Shown: piece by piece, positions 1 to 8,507 of the stretch | Layout: the number at the start of each line of letters is the position of its first letter | Position numbering within the stretch: the stretch's first letter is position 1 | Source of the DNA: Staphylococcus phage Fi4S2 | Reading direction: 5' to 3' (one strand) | Sequence record: PV037056.1 | Length of the DNA stretch: 64,000 bases | Notes under the pieces: generated by a model | Told to the model about the DNA's origin: nothing | The model's input: only the letters and a program-made list of their open reading frames with translations | The model's database searches: none | Program-made: the position numbers and the translations under genes

Positions 1-255
1 GGGTAGCCCCGTAACCCCTCATGCATACCCCCTTTTATGGATTTTAAAAAAGGGGTGCTTATCCCTTGACTTCTGTCGAGAAATATGCTCCCTACCTCAT
101 CCACAGATTGCCCCCACTGTCAAGCATTAATTTAATATCACCCCAGCACTCATAAACTATTATTTGTGTTTGCTTTAATCTATTTAATTAGCTTCTAGCC
201 TTCAGCAAACACAAAGAAGGACAAGACCAGCTGGCCTTGTCCTCTTCTCTCTTCA

Positions 256-1203
256 TTACTTGTTGATTTGGTCTACTATCTCTCCATCTTTGATTATAAT
301 ATACATGTAATCAGTCTCTACGATTGTGTGACCGTCAACAAGATAATAATTCTTATTAACCTCTTGCTGTGTCTCTCTAAAATAGCGCTTAGACTTGAAT
401 AGTGTTATCGTTCCATACTCAACGTTTAAAGCTGTACTAACTGGCGTTACTGCTCTAACGTCTGTAATGCCCACAGACACCCCAAAATCGTCCATCATAG
501 CGCCTGCATACCCTAAGGCCTGCAAGTCGTGTAATACCTGCACGCTGTCGTCCTGATGTGTCATAACGTCTTCTGCCTGCTCCTCTTCTATCATGTCTAT
601 GGCCTCACCAACTGTGAGAGGTTCCTCCTCCTCTTCTGTGTCTATCTCTTCCAGTTCATCTTGAAGCATTCTAGCTTCATATTCAAAGATAGCCCAGGCA
701 AGATAGTTTTTGTCCTGCGTTGAGAGTTCTAGAGGGTCGTTCTCATACATACAGATGCTATCCATTTCCATAAGAATTGCGTCCTCCTGCTCCATGTCGT
801 CCATGTCTTCCCAGTCTTCCCCGTAATACTCGGCCATGTTGCTTTCTGCTATTTCTCTTATGTCTGCCTCTGCGTCCTCGTGTCTATCGTCTGCGCTATC
901 TACTGGGAACATCTCCGATAAGTCCTGAATACCGTCCCAGCTCTCCAGCTCCTCAATTCCGTAGACCTCAGTTACAAAGTTTTTTATTTCTTCCTCGTGC
1001 TCCTCGTAATATGCTTTTGTGTCCTTGTAGTAAATTAAGTGATTAACCATCCCCGATTCACAGCCATGCGTTACAATGTTATCAAGAAGGCCTTCTGCGT
1101 CTTCTGCGTCTTGAGACATCTCTAATAAGTAGTTTATAACGTCTTGTTTTACTCCTTGAGTTTCTGCTTGCATGTTTTCTAATACTGTTAATAAATTTGT
1201 CAT
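256..1203 (-). CDS. hyper-acidic protein (D/E-rich, 315 aa); candidate DNA-mimic/anti-restriction-like early protein
   Basis: Long ORF. The protein is dominated by Asp/Glu runs (EEEEEPLTVGE..., DWEDMDDMEQED). It is preceded on the minus strand by a TTTACA-18-TATAAT promoter and GGAAGGA SD at 1204-1265. Confidence 0.55.
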   Translation of the reverse strand: MTNLLTVLENMQAETQGVKQDVINYLLEMSQDAEDAEGLLDNIVTHGCESGMVNHLIYYKDTKAYYEEHEEEIKNFVTEVYGIEELESWDGIQDLSEMFPVDSADDRHEDAEADIREIAESNMAEYYGEDWEDMDDMEQEDAILMEMDSICMYENDPLELSTQDKNYLAWAIFEYEARMLQDELEEIDTEEEEEPLTVGEAIDMIEEEQAEDVMTHQDDSVQVLHDLQALGYAGAMMDDFGVSVGITDVRAVTPVSTALNVEYGTITLFKSKRYFRETQQEVNKNYYLVDGHTIVETDYMYIIIKDGEIVDQINK

Positions 1204-1280
1204 TTTGAATATCCTTCCGAGCTCCTGCTCTGTTATTTGGTATACCTAATTATAGCATTAATTTCTAAATTCTGTAAAGC
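1204..1280 (-). promoter_or_regulatory. repeated leftward promoter cassette, copy 1 (TTTACA-18-TATAAT + SD)
   Basis: Minus-strand reading: ctTTACAgaatttagaaattaatgcTATAATtaggtataccaaataacagagcaggagctcggaaggatattcaaaATG. A near-identical block recurs at 1996-2050. Confidence 0.5.
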
Positions 1281-1318
1281 GATAAGCCCCAATTAAAGGG
1301 GCAATTTTACACCCCTTT

Positions 1319-1681
1319 TTATACTTCATACTCGAAGAAATAAGCATCTAGCTCATCCAACCATTCAAAGGATTTATACTGTTCTGTGTCCCAATCCTCA
1401 AAACCTAACTGCTCAAATGTGCCCCACTGCGTAGTGAATAAGTGCCCAATTGTACCACCTGCAACCCTTACAAGTATTTTTCCATTCTCTTTTAGGAACT
1501 CGTAAGAGCTTCCTCTGAATTTTTGGCTGATTGCTTGCCCGTTCTCTAATCCCTGCATTACCTCGATTAATCTTGTGTTATCGTTGTTATAAATTTTCAT
1601 TTGAAAAACTCCTTTGATATCTTTAGTAGTGACGTTAATCACTCTATAGAGCCACCAGGTGCGCCCTGGTAGTTCTAACAA
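1319..1681 (-). CDS. hypothetical protein (120 aa)
   Basis: ORF co-oriented with flanking genes in the G+C-richer leftward block. Confidence 0.45.
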   Translation of the reverse strand: MLELPGRTWWLYRVINVTTKDIKGVFQMKIYNNDNTRLIEVMQGLENGQAISQKFRGSSYEFLKENGKILVRVAGGTIGHLFTTQWGTFEQLGFEDWDTEQYKSFEWLDELDAYFFEYEV

Positions 1682-1684
1682 TGA

Positions 1685-1966
1685 TTAAGCTTGTGTTGCT
1701 TTGTCGTGTCTCTCTTGTGCTTCCTGGTGAGTGTCAGGGAAATCAAACGTCCTAACTGATTTAGCACCGTCAAAGCGTGTCACAGTTGTTTTTGTGTGGT
1801 AGTAACCAAAGATAGTATATTTCTTTTGAGTGCGTCTCTCACCTTCCCAGCGCTCCTCAACAAATGATGTTTTGAATTGGTCATGTGAAATGAATGACTC
1901 TCTAGTGTCTCCGTTAATGTCTGTGTACGTTACCTTGATTGATTGTAATTGATTGAAATTTTCCAT
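1685..1966 (-). CDS. hypothetical protein (93 aa)
   Basis: ORF 3 nt upstream of the 1319..1681 gene. Its upstream region (1996-2050) repeats the promoter cassette seen at 1204-1280. Confidence 0.45.
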   Translation of the reverse strand: MENFNQLQSIKVTYTDINGDTRESFISHDQFKTSFVEERWEGERRTQKKYTIFGYYHTKTTVTRFDGAKSVRTFDFPDTHQEAQERHDKATQA

Positions 1967-1989
1967 TTTTAATATCTCCTTTTGGGCTG

Positions 1990-2050
1990 TTGCCCTCTGT
2001 TATTTGGTATACCTAATGATAACACATTAGGTTTAATTCTGTAAAGCTAA
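1990..2050 (-). promoter_or_regulatory. repeated leftward promoter cassette, copy 2
   Basis: Shares ctgttatttggtatacctaat...ttctgtaaagc with 1233-1280. Minus strand gives TTTACA-18-TATCAT. Confidence 0.45.
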
Positions 2051-2352
2051 ATGACTCAATTTGTTAACTTTTTTTTTAAAACCAGTATGGCCAAAATAAA
2101 TACGTTAGCGCTGAAGCGGTTCCCAGCATTGACCAGCCGATTATTTTAAGATTCTTTTTCACTGTGTGCCCTCCTTTCCAGTTGCTGAAGTAAGTTATTT
2201 TTTCTTGCTTGGTTTCTTGCTTGCTTTCTTTTTTGGGTATCCTGCAGGTGGCATAAATTGGTTTGCCATTCTCTGCATTGCTTTTGTTTCTTCTCTCATC
2301 TCTGCACCTCCTAATTTCAATTTTAAGGGCTCTAGGTGAGCCCCTGCACCTC

Positions 2353-2571
2353 TTACATGTGTTTCATAGCGTGAGCCATGATTTGCTCTTGTGTGAGCTT
2401 CTCAAAGCCTTGATAAGTCATTCTTGCGACTGTTGCGTCTGTTTGGTTCAAGTAGTCGTAAACTTCTTTGACTGGGACAAGTCTGTCACGCTTTGCTAAG
2501 TACTTAGCAACCTTTCTTTCTACGTGCTGGGCAGTGCTTTCACCTTTCTCGAAGTTCATTGTTGGTTTCAT
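2353..2571 (-). CDS. hypothetical protein (72 aa)
   Basis: ORF. Its upstream element tcctttcgagctcctgggctcttg resembles the element upstream of the 256..1203 gene. Confidence 0.4.
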   Translation of the reverse strand: MKPTMNFEKGESTAQHVERKVAKYLAKRDRLVPVKEVYDYLNQTDATVARMTYQGFEKLTQEQIMAHAMKHM

Positions 2572-3067
2572 GTTCTCATATCCTTTCGAGCTCCTGGGCT
2601 CTTGTTTTTTGTGTTGCTGTTCTTGACACTCTTAATACTAAAGCATTAGCAACCCAATTGCAAGCATTAATTTACATTATTTCATCAAAAAGCCCACAAA
2701 CCCTTGTGGCTCTAAGGAAAAAAGTTTTTAAATAAATTACTGCAATCTAGTTTCTACCATATAAAGGGAATAAAAAGGATTTACCCCCAGCAAGAAGAAA
2801 GCACTATTTCAAATTGCAGTTAGTGAGTGCAGGGGGCAAACGGTAAACAAAAAACATACTAAACAGTGGCAAAGTCGATCGACTTTTAAAATTTAAAAAT
2901 GACATCAAAGTGATCACTTGCACCCACCTTCAAAATTTGCCCTTATATGGAAAGAAAAGTTTTTTAAAAGAATTTGAGCATATGGGTTGTGTTATGGTTC
3001 GATTTGTTATATATTAGAACCAAGCCAAACAAGGCAACCAAAAAAAAACCTAAAGGAGTTTTTCATT

Positions 3068-3415
3068 ATGACAAACCAAACACTAAACAACATTAACCAA
3101 ATGCCAGCATGGGACTTACAAGATATTTTAAACTACGCAAAGCAACAAATGATTGAGAATGACATAATCTTTCAAGATGTAACTTTAAACAATTACCAGC
3201 TACAAGAAGAGGACGGCACGGAATACTTCGAGCTTTACACTAGCACCGTAGCGATTGACTCCGAGACAACTCTCGAAGAGTTCAGAAGCCAGGTTATCGA
3301 AGCTGAGGAATTAGCAGAGACTTTCAAAGGAGCCCTGGCACTGCTACAACGTTCAATCAATGAGCACATGAAAGAAAAATATTTTGAATATGATTACATT
3401 ACAAATTTACTGTAA
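3068..3415 (+). CDS. hypothetical protein (115 aa; start refined from the 2987 track ORF)
   Basis: The ATG at 3068 is preceded by AAAGGAG SD; the track ORF starting at 2987 has no SD. Followed by a hairpin plus long T-run at 3421-3470. Confidence 0.5.
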   Translation: MTNQTLNNINQMPAWDLQDILNYAKQQMIENDIIFQDVTLNNYQLQEEDGTEYFELYTSTVAIDSETTLEEFRSQVIEAEELAETFKGALALLQRSINEHMKEKYFEYDYITNLL

Positions 3416-3420
3416 GAGCA

Positions 3421-3470
3421 GGAGCCCCTGGGGCTTCTCTCTCTTTTTTCTTTTTTTTTTATTTAATTTT
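3421..3470 (+). terminator. rho-independent terminator
   Basis: agcccctggggct hairpin followed by tctctctcttttttcttttttttt. Confidence 0.5.
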
Positions 3471-3486
3471 TTTAGGGCAACTTTGT

Positions 3487-4515
3487 GGGCTACTACTTAG
3501 AAGAATTGTGGACTACTACTTAGAAGGATTGCTAATATCCATTCTGTTGTCTATAACTACTAAGCAAACCCCTCTCATAGATAACCAATATAGATTAGGT
3601 ATTATTTATCTATTAGAAACTACTATCATATAGAGTTAGCGTAGTGTTGCTTACTCTATAGAGGTTGATAACAAACTGTCGGCTACTACTATAGTAAAAC
3701 ACAAAATGACCGCTTTCCTGAATACATTATCAGACTAGAAGCGGTTATCACATACTAACTATTTAATTATACTCATTACAACGCTATATAAATAGCTATA
3801 GCGACTAAACACTGTGGATAGCTACTATAGTAAACCCGTTACTGTTATAACTATAATCCATAACTTATAGCTTACCTGTAACTACTCTATCAGTATACCT
3901 TATCTATATAGCGCTACAGATGAAGTGTGGATAGCTACTATAGTTAATCACAGTTTTATATAGACAATGAATCCTATATACTATTGCTATTCTATAACTG
4001 AACAGTAGGTACACGCTCTAGAAGCTCTCATATACTATCGGTAACTACTTAGAATATAACCGCTTCTCTCTACTGATTGTGGACTACTACTGTATCTAAA
4101 TAGCAATTGAATAGAGTTAGCTTCAGCTGTCGGCTACTACTATAGTAATTCATGAAGCGGTTGAAAAAGTGTTTTGAAAAATTGATTTGAAATTTTGGAA
4201 ACTAAAAAGGTAGGGTGGCTACCAGGGGTACCTTCTACTCTCTATTATATATCTGAGTGATACTTACTTAGCCCTAGTCGATAGTTATTAGATTGTTATA
4301 GAGTTAAAGGAGGAACTAAATAACAGTTGAGTATTTAAGGAGTTTAGTTATGAAATTATAGAGTTAGTTTTTTAGGATAGTTGCTAGGGCTTTCTATTCA
4401 GTACCACTCAATTAGATAACAGTTAAGTTAGGAGGTCTTAACTGTTAAATACATTATAACATAGCTTGAGGATTTCTTTTTATCTTTTGCAATTTCATGG
4501 ACTACTACTGTAGAT
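3487..4515. repeat. iteron-rich non-coding region (at least 12 copies of a CTACTAC(T)-TAG(T/A)A core)
   Basis: Tandem 22-mers GGGCTACTACTTAGAAGAATTG / TGGACTACTACTTAGAAGGATTG at 3487-3531. Exact 22-bp direct repeat ctgtcggctactactatagtaa at 3677 and 4127. Exact 18-bp gtggatagctactatagt at 3814 and 3927. tggactactact at 3509, 4079 and 4499. No ORF of 60 aa or more. Confidence 0.8.
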
Positions 4516-4686
4516 ATATTGACTACAATACATAATGACGTATTTAGGATTTTAACGATGTTTATATATAACTATAATTATAGTAGTATTATAGTTCTTT
4601 AATAGTTATATAACTATAGTTACTAATAAAGGTTAATAAATTCTTAAATGTGTCATAATACTTTGTGTACAACATAAAAATAATAG

Positions 4687-4715
4687 TTGACTCTGTTCAG
4701 GATAGATGATATACT
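4687..4715 (+). promoter_or_regulatory. sigma-A-type early promoter TTGACT-17-TATACT
   Basis: Read directly; 25 nt upstream of the GAGGAGA SD of the 4747 gene. Confidence 0.6.
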
Positions 4716-4746
4716 TAGTTTACAGATATAAGAGAGGAGAATAATT

Positions 4747-5031
4747 ATGGATACAAAATACAAAGCTTTAGATTTTTCAGAGGTAGATTTATTAAATGCT
4801 TTCCACTTCTATGTAATATCAAAAGTAGATAGCATTACAGATGTTACTCAAACAGATTCAGGAGAGGTTTACTATAAAGGAGAGGTTATCTTGAAGATGG
4901 ATAAGAACCTTGTACAAATCTTTACTACCCCTATCATGGATAAGATGACTGAGGAAGATTTTAGTTTTATTGCTAGCTTCAGAAACGCATTACAAATTAT
5001 TATCAGTCAGAAAAAAAGAATTACAGAATAA
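4747..5031 (+). CDS. early small protein (94 aa)
   Basis: ORF with AGAGGAGA SD; first gene of the rightward early array. Confidence 0.55.
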   Translation: MDTKYKALDFSEVDLLNAFHFYVISKVDSITDVTQTDSGEVYYKGEVILKMDKNLVQIFTTPIMDKMTEEDFSFIASFRNALQIIISQKKRITE

Positions 5032-5094
5032 TGCTTGACATTCAATTAGAACTATAGTACACTATTATTACAAACAAATTAGGAGGAACAAATT

Positions 5095-5319
5095 ATGTTA
5101 CCATTTTTTACAAGAGTTAAGAAAGAATTAGAAGCAAAGGGTTACACAGTTACAGACAATACAGAGGAAGGTTTCTTTGTAGCAGAGAACAGCAGTAAGG
5201 TCTACACTATTGATTACAAGAATGAGGTCTTGGAAGAGTTAGATGACAAAGGACAGCTACACATTCAAGACATTAATAGTCTAGACATCACAGAAGCGGA
5301 AATCAAAGTAGCTTCATAA
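5095..5319 (+). CDS. early small protein (74 aa)
   Basis: ORF with AGGAGGA SD; upstream TTGACA-17-TACACT at 5035-5063. Confidence 0.55.
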   Translation: MLPFFTRVKKELEAKGYTVTDNTEEGFFVAENSSKVYTIDYKNEVLEELDDKGQLHIQDINSLDITEAEIKVAS

Positions 5320-5452
5320 CTAAAGAGGAACTTAGCTCTCTAGAACAATAACCGCTTCATGATAAATTGTTCCTAATCTATGATTAAGTTATAGAGGGTC
5401 AAGAGAGCTAGGCTTCTGTGGAAGCTAGAATTGAAATTAGGAGGTTAAAACT

Positions 5453-5740
5453 ATGGCACCAATCATTAATGATGCAGGTTATCCAAGAGAGGAACAGGAA
5501 ACGGTCTGCGTATATGACGCTCTGTTAGGACAGTGGGTACTCTCTTCTAGTGTAAGGAGACATATTACAAAGCTGATGAAGCAGTACCCTGAAGCGGAAG
5601 TAAAAGAACAGTACAGTAATGGAACACCTGTGTATATAGAAGTAGTATTGAATGAGGATTTAGTATCTTTCCGTAAGCCCGTATCTAAGGAAAGGAAAGA
5701 AGAAATGTCTAAACTAGCTAAGGAGCGTTTTGGTAAATAA
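5453..5740 (+). CDS. early small protein (95 aa)
   Basis: ORF with AGGAGG SD. Confidence 0.55.
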   Translation: MAPIINDAGYPREEQETVCVYDALLGQWVLSSSVRRHITKLMKQYPEAEVKEQYSNGTPVYIEVVLNEDLVSFRKPVSKERKEEMSKLAKERFGK

Positions 5741-6114
5741 TGACAACAATTAATAACCCGTTTGCTAAAGCTTTACTTAAACAAGTGGAAGCAACATATA
5801 ACAAGACAGACATTCTAGCCAATAACTCAACACTTATCCCTATCCCTAAAGAAGTCTTTGACTCCAATCAAAAGGCTAAGCAGTTTATTAAACTGATGGG
5901 TAAGATGCATAAGGATGAGAGCTTACCTATTGAGGTAAAGCTAGAGCCAACTAAGACACAAGTAAATGGTTTGACTTATACAACAATAGATGTTATCATT
6001 AGTTATGATACAACTAAGTTAGACATAGATGACTTCAAGAAGAAGTTAAGTTTGATTAATACAGAGGAGGAGCCTCAGAATGGAACTAGTAATCAAGACA
6101 TCAGTAAAGGATAA
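5740..6114 (+). CDS. early protein (124 aa)
   Basis: ORF whose ATG overlaps the upstream stop (TAATG). Confidence 0.5.
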   Translation: MTTINNPFAKALLKQVEATYNKTDILANNSTLIPIPKEVFDSNQKAKQFIKLMGKMHKDESLPIEVKLEPTKTQVNGLTYTTIDVIISYDTTKLDIDDFKKKLSLINTEEEPQNGTSNQDISKG

Positions 6115-6304
6115 CAAAGTCATTGTAGTAACTGAAGAAGAGGCAAATGGTGCAGGAAATCTTATTCAGTTATTTGCTAATATCAATGAGGACATCAAAA
6201 ATGAGAGAGCAGTTGTTGTAGCTACAGACTATAACAGACACTCTATTGCAAATGGTTACGTCAATCAAGTATATTTAGTAAGAGATACAGAGGAGGAAAA
6301 ATAA
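6080..6304 (+). CDS. early small protein (74 aa), ends ...EEEK
   Basis: ORF with GAGGAGG SD. Its 3' end forms the GAGGAGGAAAAATAATG junction cassette. Confidence 0.5.
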   Translation: MELVIKTSVKDNKVIVVTEEEANGAGNLIQLFANINEDIKNERAVVVATDYNRHSIANGYVNQVYLVRDTEEEK

Positions 6305-6504
6305 TGATGAGAGTATTAGATTACCCATATAAAGTAGCAACAGAGTTTACAGAGGAAATGAAAGAGGATAGAGAGGTACTAGGGATTGTACTAAAAGAAC
6401 TTATTAGCAAATCCTATGGTGATAAGATTACTAGTATTAACACTAGAGTCGTAGATGGTAAGGAAATCATTCAAGTTACAGCAGAACAAAAGGAGGAAAA
6501 ATAA
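6304..6504 (+). CDS. early small protein (66 aa), ends ...EEK
   Basis: Start inside the junction cassette. Its own 3' end forms the next cassette. Confidence 0.5.
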   Translation: MMRVLDYPYKVATEFTEEMKEDREVLGIVLKELISKSYGDKITSINTRVVDGKEIIQVTAEQKEEK

Positions 6505-6788
6505 TGAAAGAAGAACTTGTACAAAAACTAAATGATAAAGTAGCACAACTCAAGGAAGAAAGAATGGAGTATGCTAAGACTCATGCACAGTGTGAAGAAG
6601 AACTCCGTAGCTTAAAAAGTGAACTAGAGCAATTACTTCAAGACTATAATGGAGCAGTTACACTATTAAATGGTTCTGTGTACAGTGTCGAGAAGATTGA
6701 TGAGGAGCTTGAAGCTTACAATCAAACTACTGGAAGACCTTTATATAGAAAACCACGCTTAGAGTTATCAGTTAAAAAAGGTCATTAA
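6504..6788 (+). CDS. early small coiled-coil protein (94 aa)
   Basis: ORF starting in the junction cassette. Confidence 0.5.
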   Translation: MKEELVQKLNDKVAQLKEERMEYAKTHAQCEEELRSLKSELEQLLQDYNGAVTLLNGSVYSVEKIDEELEAYNQTTGRPLYRKPRLELSVKKGH

Positions 6789-6808
6789 AAAAAAATATCC
6801 GCTTCTTG

Positions 6809-6837
6809 TTGACAGCTTGAAGCGGGCATGATATACT
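6809..6837 (+). promoter_or_regulatory. sigma-A-type promoter TTGACA-17-TATACT embedded in a ccgcttc/gaagcgg hairpin
   Basis: Read directly. The -35 hexamer sits in the loop of the inverted repeat ccgcttc...gaagcgg. Confidence 0.55.
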
Positions 6838-6866
6838 AAGTATATAATCAATTAGGAGGAGATATT

Positions 6867-7112
6867 ATGAGTAACGTATTTGCACAAGAACAATTTATTG
6901 ACCGTTTAGAACAAGAAGGATTAGAAGTAGTTGAGGAAGATGGTTATTACACAGTAGAAGATGTAGAAGGTCATGTTATTACTATAGAGTTTAAAGATGG
7001 CACAGTATTAGTCATGGATAATGAAGTAACAGAGACAGCTTACAACGTTGAACAAATCTACTTAGCGTTCTATGCAGTGTTAGACGCACTGGATTATGAA
7101 TTTGATGAATAA
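6867..7112 (+). CDS. early small acidic protein (81 aa)
   Basis: ORF with AGGAGGAG SD. Confidence 0.55.
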   Translation: MSNVFAQEQFIDRLEQEGLEVVEEDGYYTVEDVEGHVITIEFKDGTVLVMDNEVTETAYNVEQIYLAFYAVLDALDYEFDE

Positions 7113-7117
7113 AGTTC

Positions 7118-7146
7118 TTGACACCACTCAAGGACTTTAGTATAAT
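7118..7146 (+). promoter_or_regulatory. consensus promoter TTGACA-17-TATAAT
   Basis: Perfect hexamers and 17-nt spacer. Confidence 0.7.
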
Positions 7147-7176
7147 AGTATTATAACCAGTTAGGAGGTATTAGTT

Positions 7177-7251
7177 ATGACTAGAGAACAAATGGAAATG
7201 GAACAAGCTAGACAAGATTATGTAACTGCAAAAACAATCAGAAACTTTTAA
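7177..7251 (+). CDS. micro-ORF (24 aa, MTREQMEMEQARQDYVTAKTIRNF) created by tandem duplication of a promoter-SD-start module
   Basis: ATG with AGGAGG SD. Its N-terminus MTREQM mirrors MNKEQI of the downstream gene. Not in the 60-aa track. Confidence 0.35.
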   Translation: MTREQMEMEQARQDYVTAKTIRNF

Positions 7252-7260
7252 TTATAGTTC

Positions 7261-7289
7261 TTGACACTACTCAAGAAATATAGTATACT
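7261..7289 (+). promoter_or_regulatory. promoter TTGACA-17-TATACT (second copy of the duplicated module)
   Basis: Near-identical to the 7118-7146 copy. Confidence 0.65.
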
Positions 7290-7320
7290 AGTATTACAAA
7301 CCAATTAGGAGGAGTTAGTT

Positions 7321-7719
7321 ATGAACAAAGAACAAATCATTAAAGATATATTGGAGAGAATGGAAGATAAGGGAATTTCACTTGAGAACTTATCCTTTGA
7401 TGGAGACTACAAGATTACTATAAATGATTTAGCTATAGAGTTTACGTATAGTGGAGACCAAGCAACTATCTTCTATGATGGAGGCAGTAAACGTGTAGGA
7501 TTCCTAGAGGAGGTAGCAGGAGAGGTAGTAGCATTACTACCTGTAGAAGAATGGGAAGCGGGTCAGTTAGTCAGAAAGCTAAATCATACTAGAGTATTAG
7601 TTATATCATCGTGGGACTCTGATAGTTTTAACCTACTCGATGATGAGGCATATAAACTAGAGTATCAGTACCCATACACTACAGCAGAATTAAAAGAGAT
7701 GGGATGGGAGAGAGCATAA
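7321..7719 (+). CDS. early protein, paralog family A (132 aa)
   Basis: ORF with AGGAGGAG SD. N-terminal ~50 aa similar to the 7719..8138 and 15716..16150 products. Confidence 0.55.
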   Translation: MNKEQIIKDILERMEDKGISLENLSFDGDYKITINDLAIEFTYSGDQATIFYDGGSKRVGFLEEVAGEVVALLPVEEWEAGQLVRKLNHTRVLVISSWDSDSFNLLDDEAYKLEYQYPYTTAELKEMGWERA

Positions 7720-8138
7720 TGAAATTACTAAAACAGCTTGTACAAGTACTGGATGAGAGAGGTATTCAAATAAAGAACTTAAATGTAGACGATGTGATTA
7801 ATGGAGAGTACGGAATTGAAATCAACAAAGAAATCACTATTGTCCATAGAGAAGGTTTGTATTATGCGCTATATACAGAAGATGCTAGCTTAGAGGAGAC
7901 ATATTACAGTTCTCTAACAGAAGCACTAGAAGTAGTAGCTGACTATTTAAGTAGAGTAAAGGAAGGCTCTATCGTAAAATCTTTTCTTGGCGTATTCACA
8001 TATAAAGTTATCAAACACAACAGTAAAGATTTGTATAACTTACTAAATGTAGATGACAACACCCTATTATATACAGAGTGTGAAAGTATGGACTCTATTC
8101 AAGACAAGATTAACAGAGGTCAGTTTTATGCAGAATAG
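7719..8138 (+). CDS. early protein, paralog family A (139 aa; start refined to the TAATG overlap)
   Basis: MKLLKQLVQVLDERGIQIKNL... similar to ILERMEDKGISLENL of the upstream gene. Confidence 0.5.
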   Translation: MKLLKQLVQVLDERGIQIKNLNVDDVINGEYGIEINKEITIVHREGLYYALYTEDASLEETYYSSLTEALEVVADYLSRVKEGSIVKSFLGVFTYKVIKHNSKDLYNLLNVDDNTLLYTECESMDSIQDKINRGQFYAE

Positions 8139-8316
8139 TAAATGGTACGCACTATGTGAATATAAAGGTAAAGGGAAGAATAAAAAGCCTTATCAGATAC
8201 AGGCCTCTACAAGTAAAGAAAAGCTTTTAGATAGAAAGGATAGCTTAGCTTTAGAGTATCCTGATAGAGAGTATGCAATAAAGTTAACGACAACCTTTGA
8301 CAAAGAGAGAAAGTGA
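8128..8316 (+). CDS. early small basic protein (62 aa; start refined from the 8053 track ORF)
   Basis: In-frame ATG at 8128 with AGAGGT SD; followed by a terminator. Confidence 0.45.
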   Translation: MQNSKWYALCEYKGKGKNKKPYQIQASTSKEKLLDRKDSLALEYPDREYAIKLTTTFDKERK

Positions 8317-8342
8317 AGCGGGCTTAATCCGCTTCTCTTACT
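8315..8342 (+). terminator. rho-independent terminator (gaagcgg / ccgcttc stem)
   Basis: GAAGCGG-gcttaat-CCGCTTC followed by tcttactt. Confidence 0.55.
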
Positions 8343-8446
8343 TAGAGTATATAAGTAATTGTATATTGTAAGTAGGAGTGATGACCCTACTAGATTAAAT
8401 GTTGCATATAGCCTTCTGTTTATACAGAGGGTTTTTTATTTAAATG

Positions 8447-8475
8447 TTGACATACTATAACCAGTGTGATATACT
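8447..8475 (+). promoter_or_regulatory. promoter TTGACA-17-TATACT
   Basis: Read directly. Confidence 0.6.
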
Positions 8476-8507
8476 TAATACATAAGTTAATAGGAGGAGG
8501 GTAAGTA

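Noticed and set aside
777-1046. Plus-strand ORF 777..1046 (RP-rich 89 aa) and other antisense ORFs (2263..2499, 9861..10367, 12821..13018, 17717..18013, 18789..18995, 24648..24842, 26670..26897, 27305..27559, 29412..29606, 34391..34627, 35028..35219, 36130..36330, 37626..37808, 39243..39458, 39806..39991, 40741..40935, 42299..42869, 47766..47954, 50922..51509, 57432..57638, 57847..58032, 8455..8691, 8722..8940)
   Set aside because: Each is embedded antisense in a longer, better-supported gene. They have skewed low-complexity composition and no convincing SD.
2687-2740. Hairpin gcccacaa-accc-ttgtggc followed (on the minus strand) by T5 as a terminator
   Set aside because: It lies upstream, not downstream, of the leftward gene 2353..2571, with no leftward gene to its right. 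Orientation and context do not fit a functional terminator. It may be a regulatory hairpin.
2987-3067. ORF-track start at 2987 for the gene ending at 3415
   Set aside because: There is no SD in front of 2987, whereas the ATG at 3068 has AAAGGAG. The upstream extension (MCYGSICYILEPSQ...) is probably untranslated.
5371-5432. Hairpin ctaggcttc-tgtg-gaagctag downstream of gene 5095..5319 as a terminator
   Set aside because: The stem is bulged and no T-run follows, so at most an RNA processing or attenuation element. Not called.
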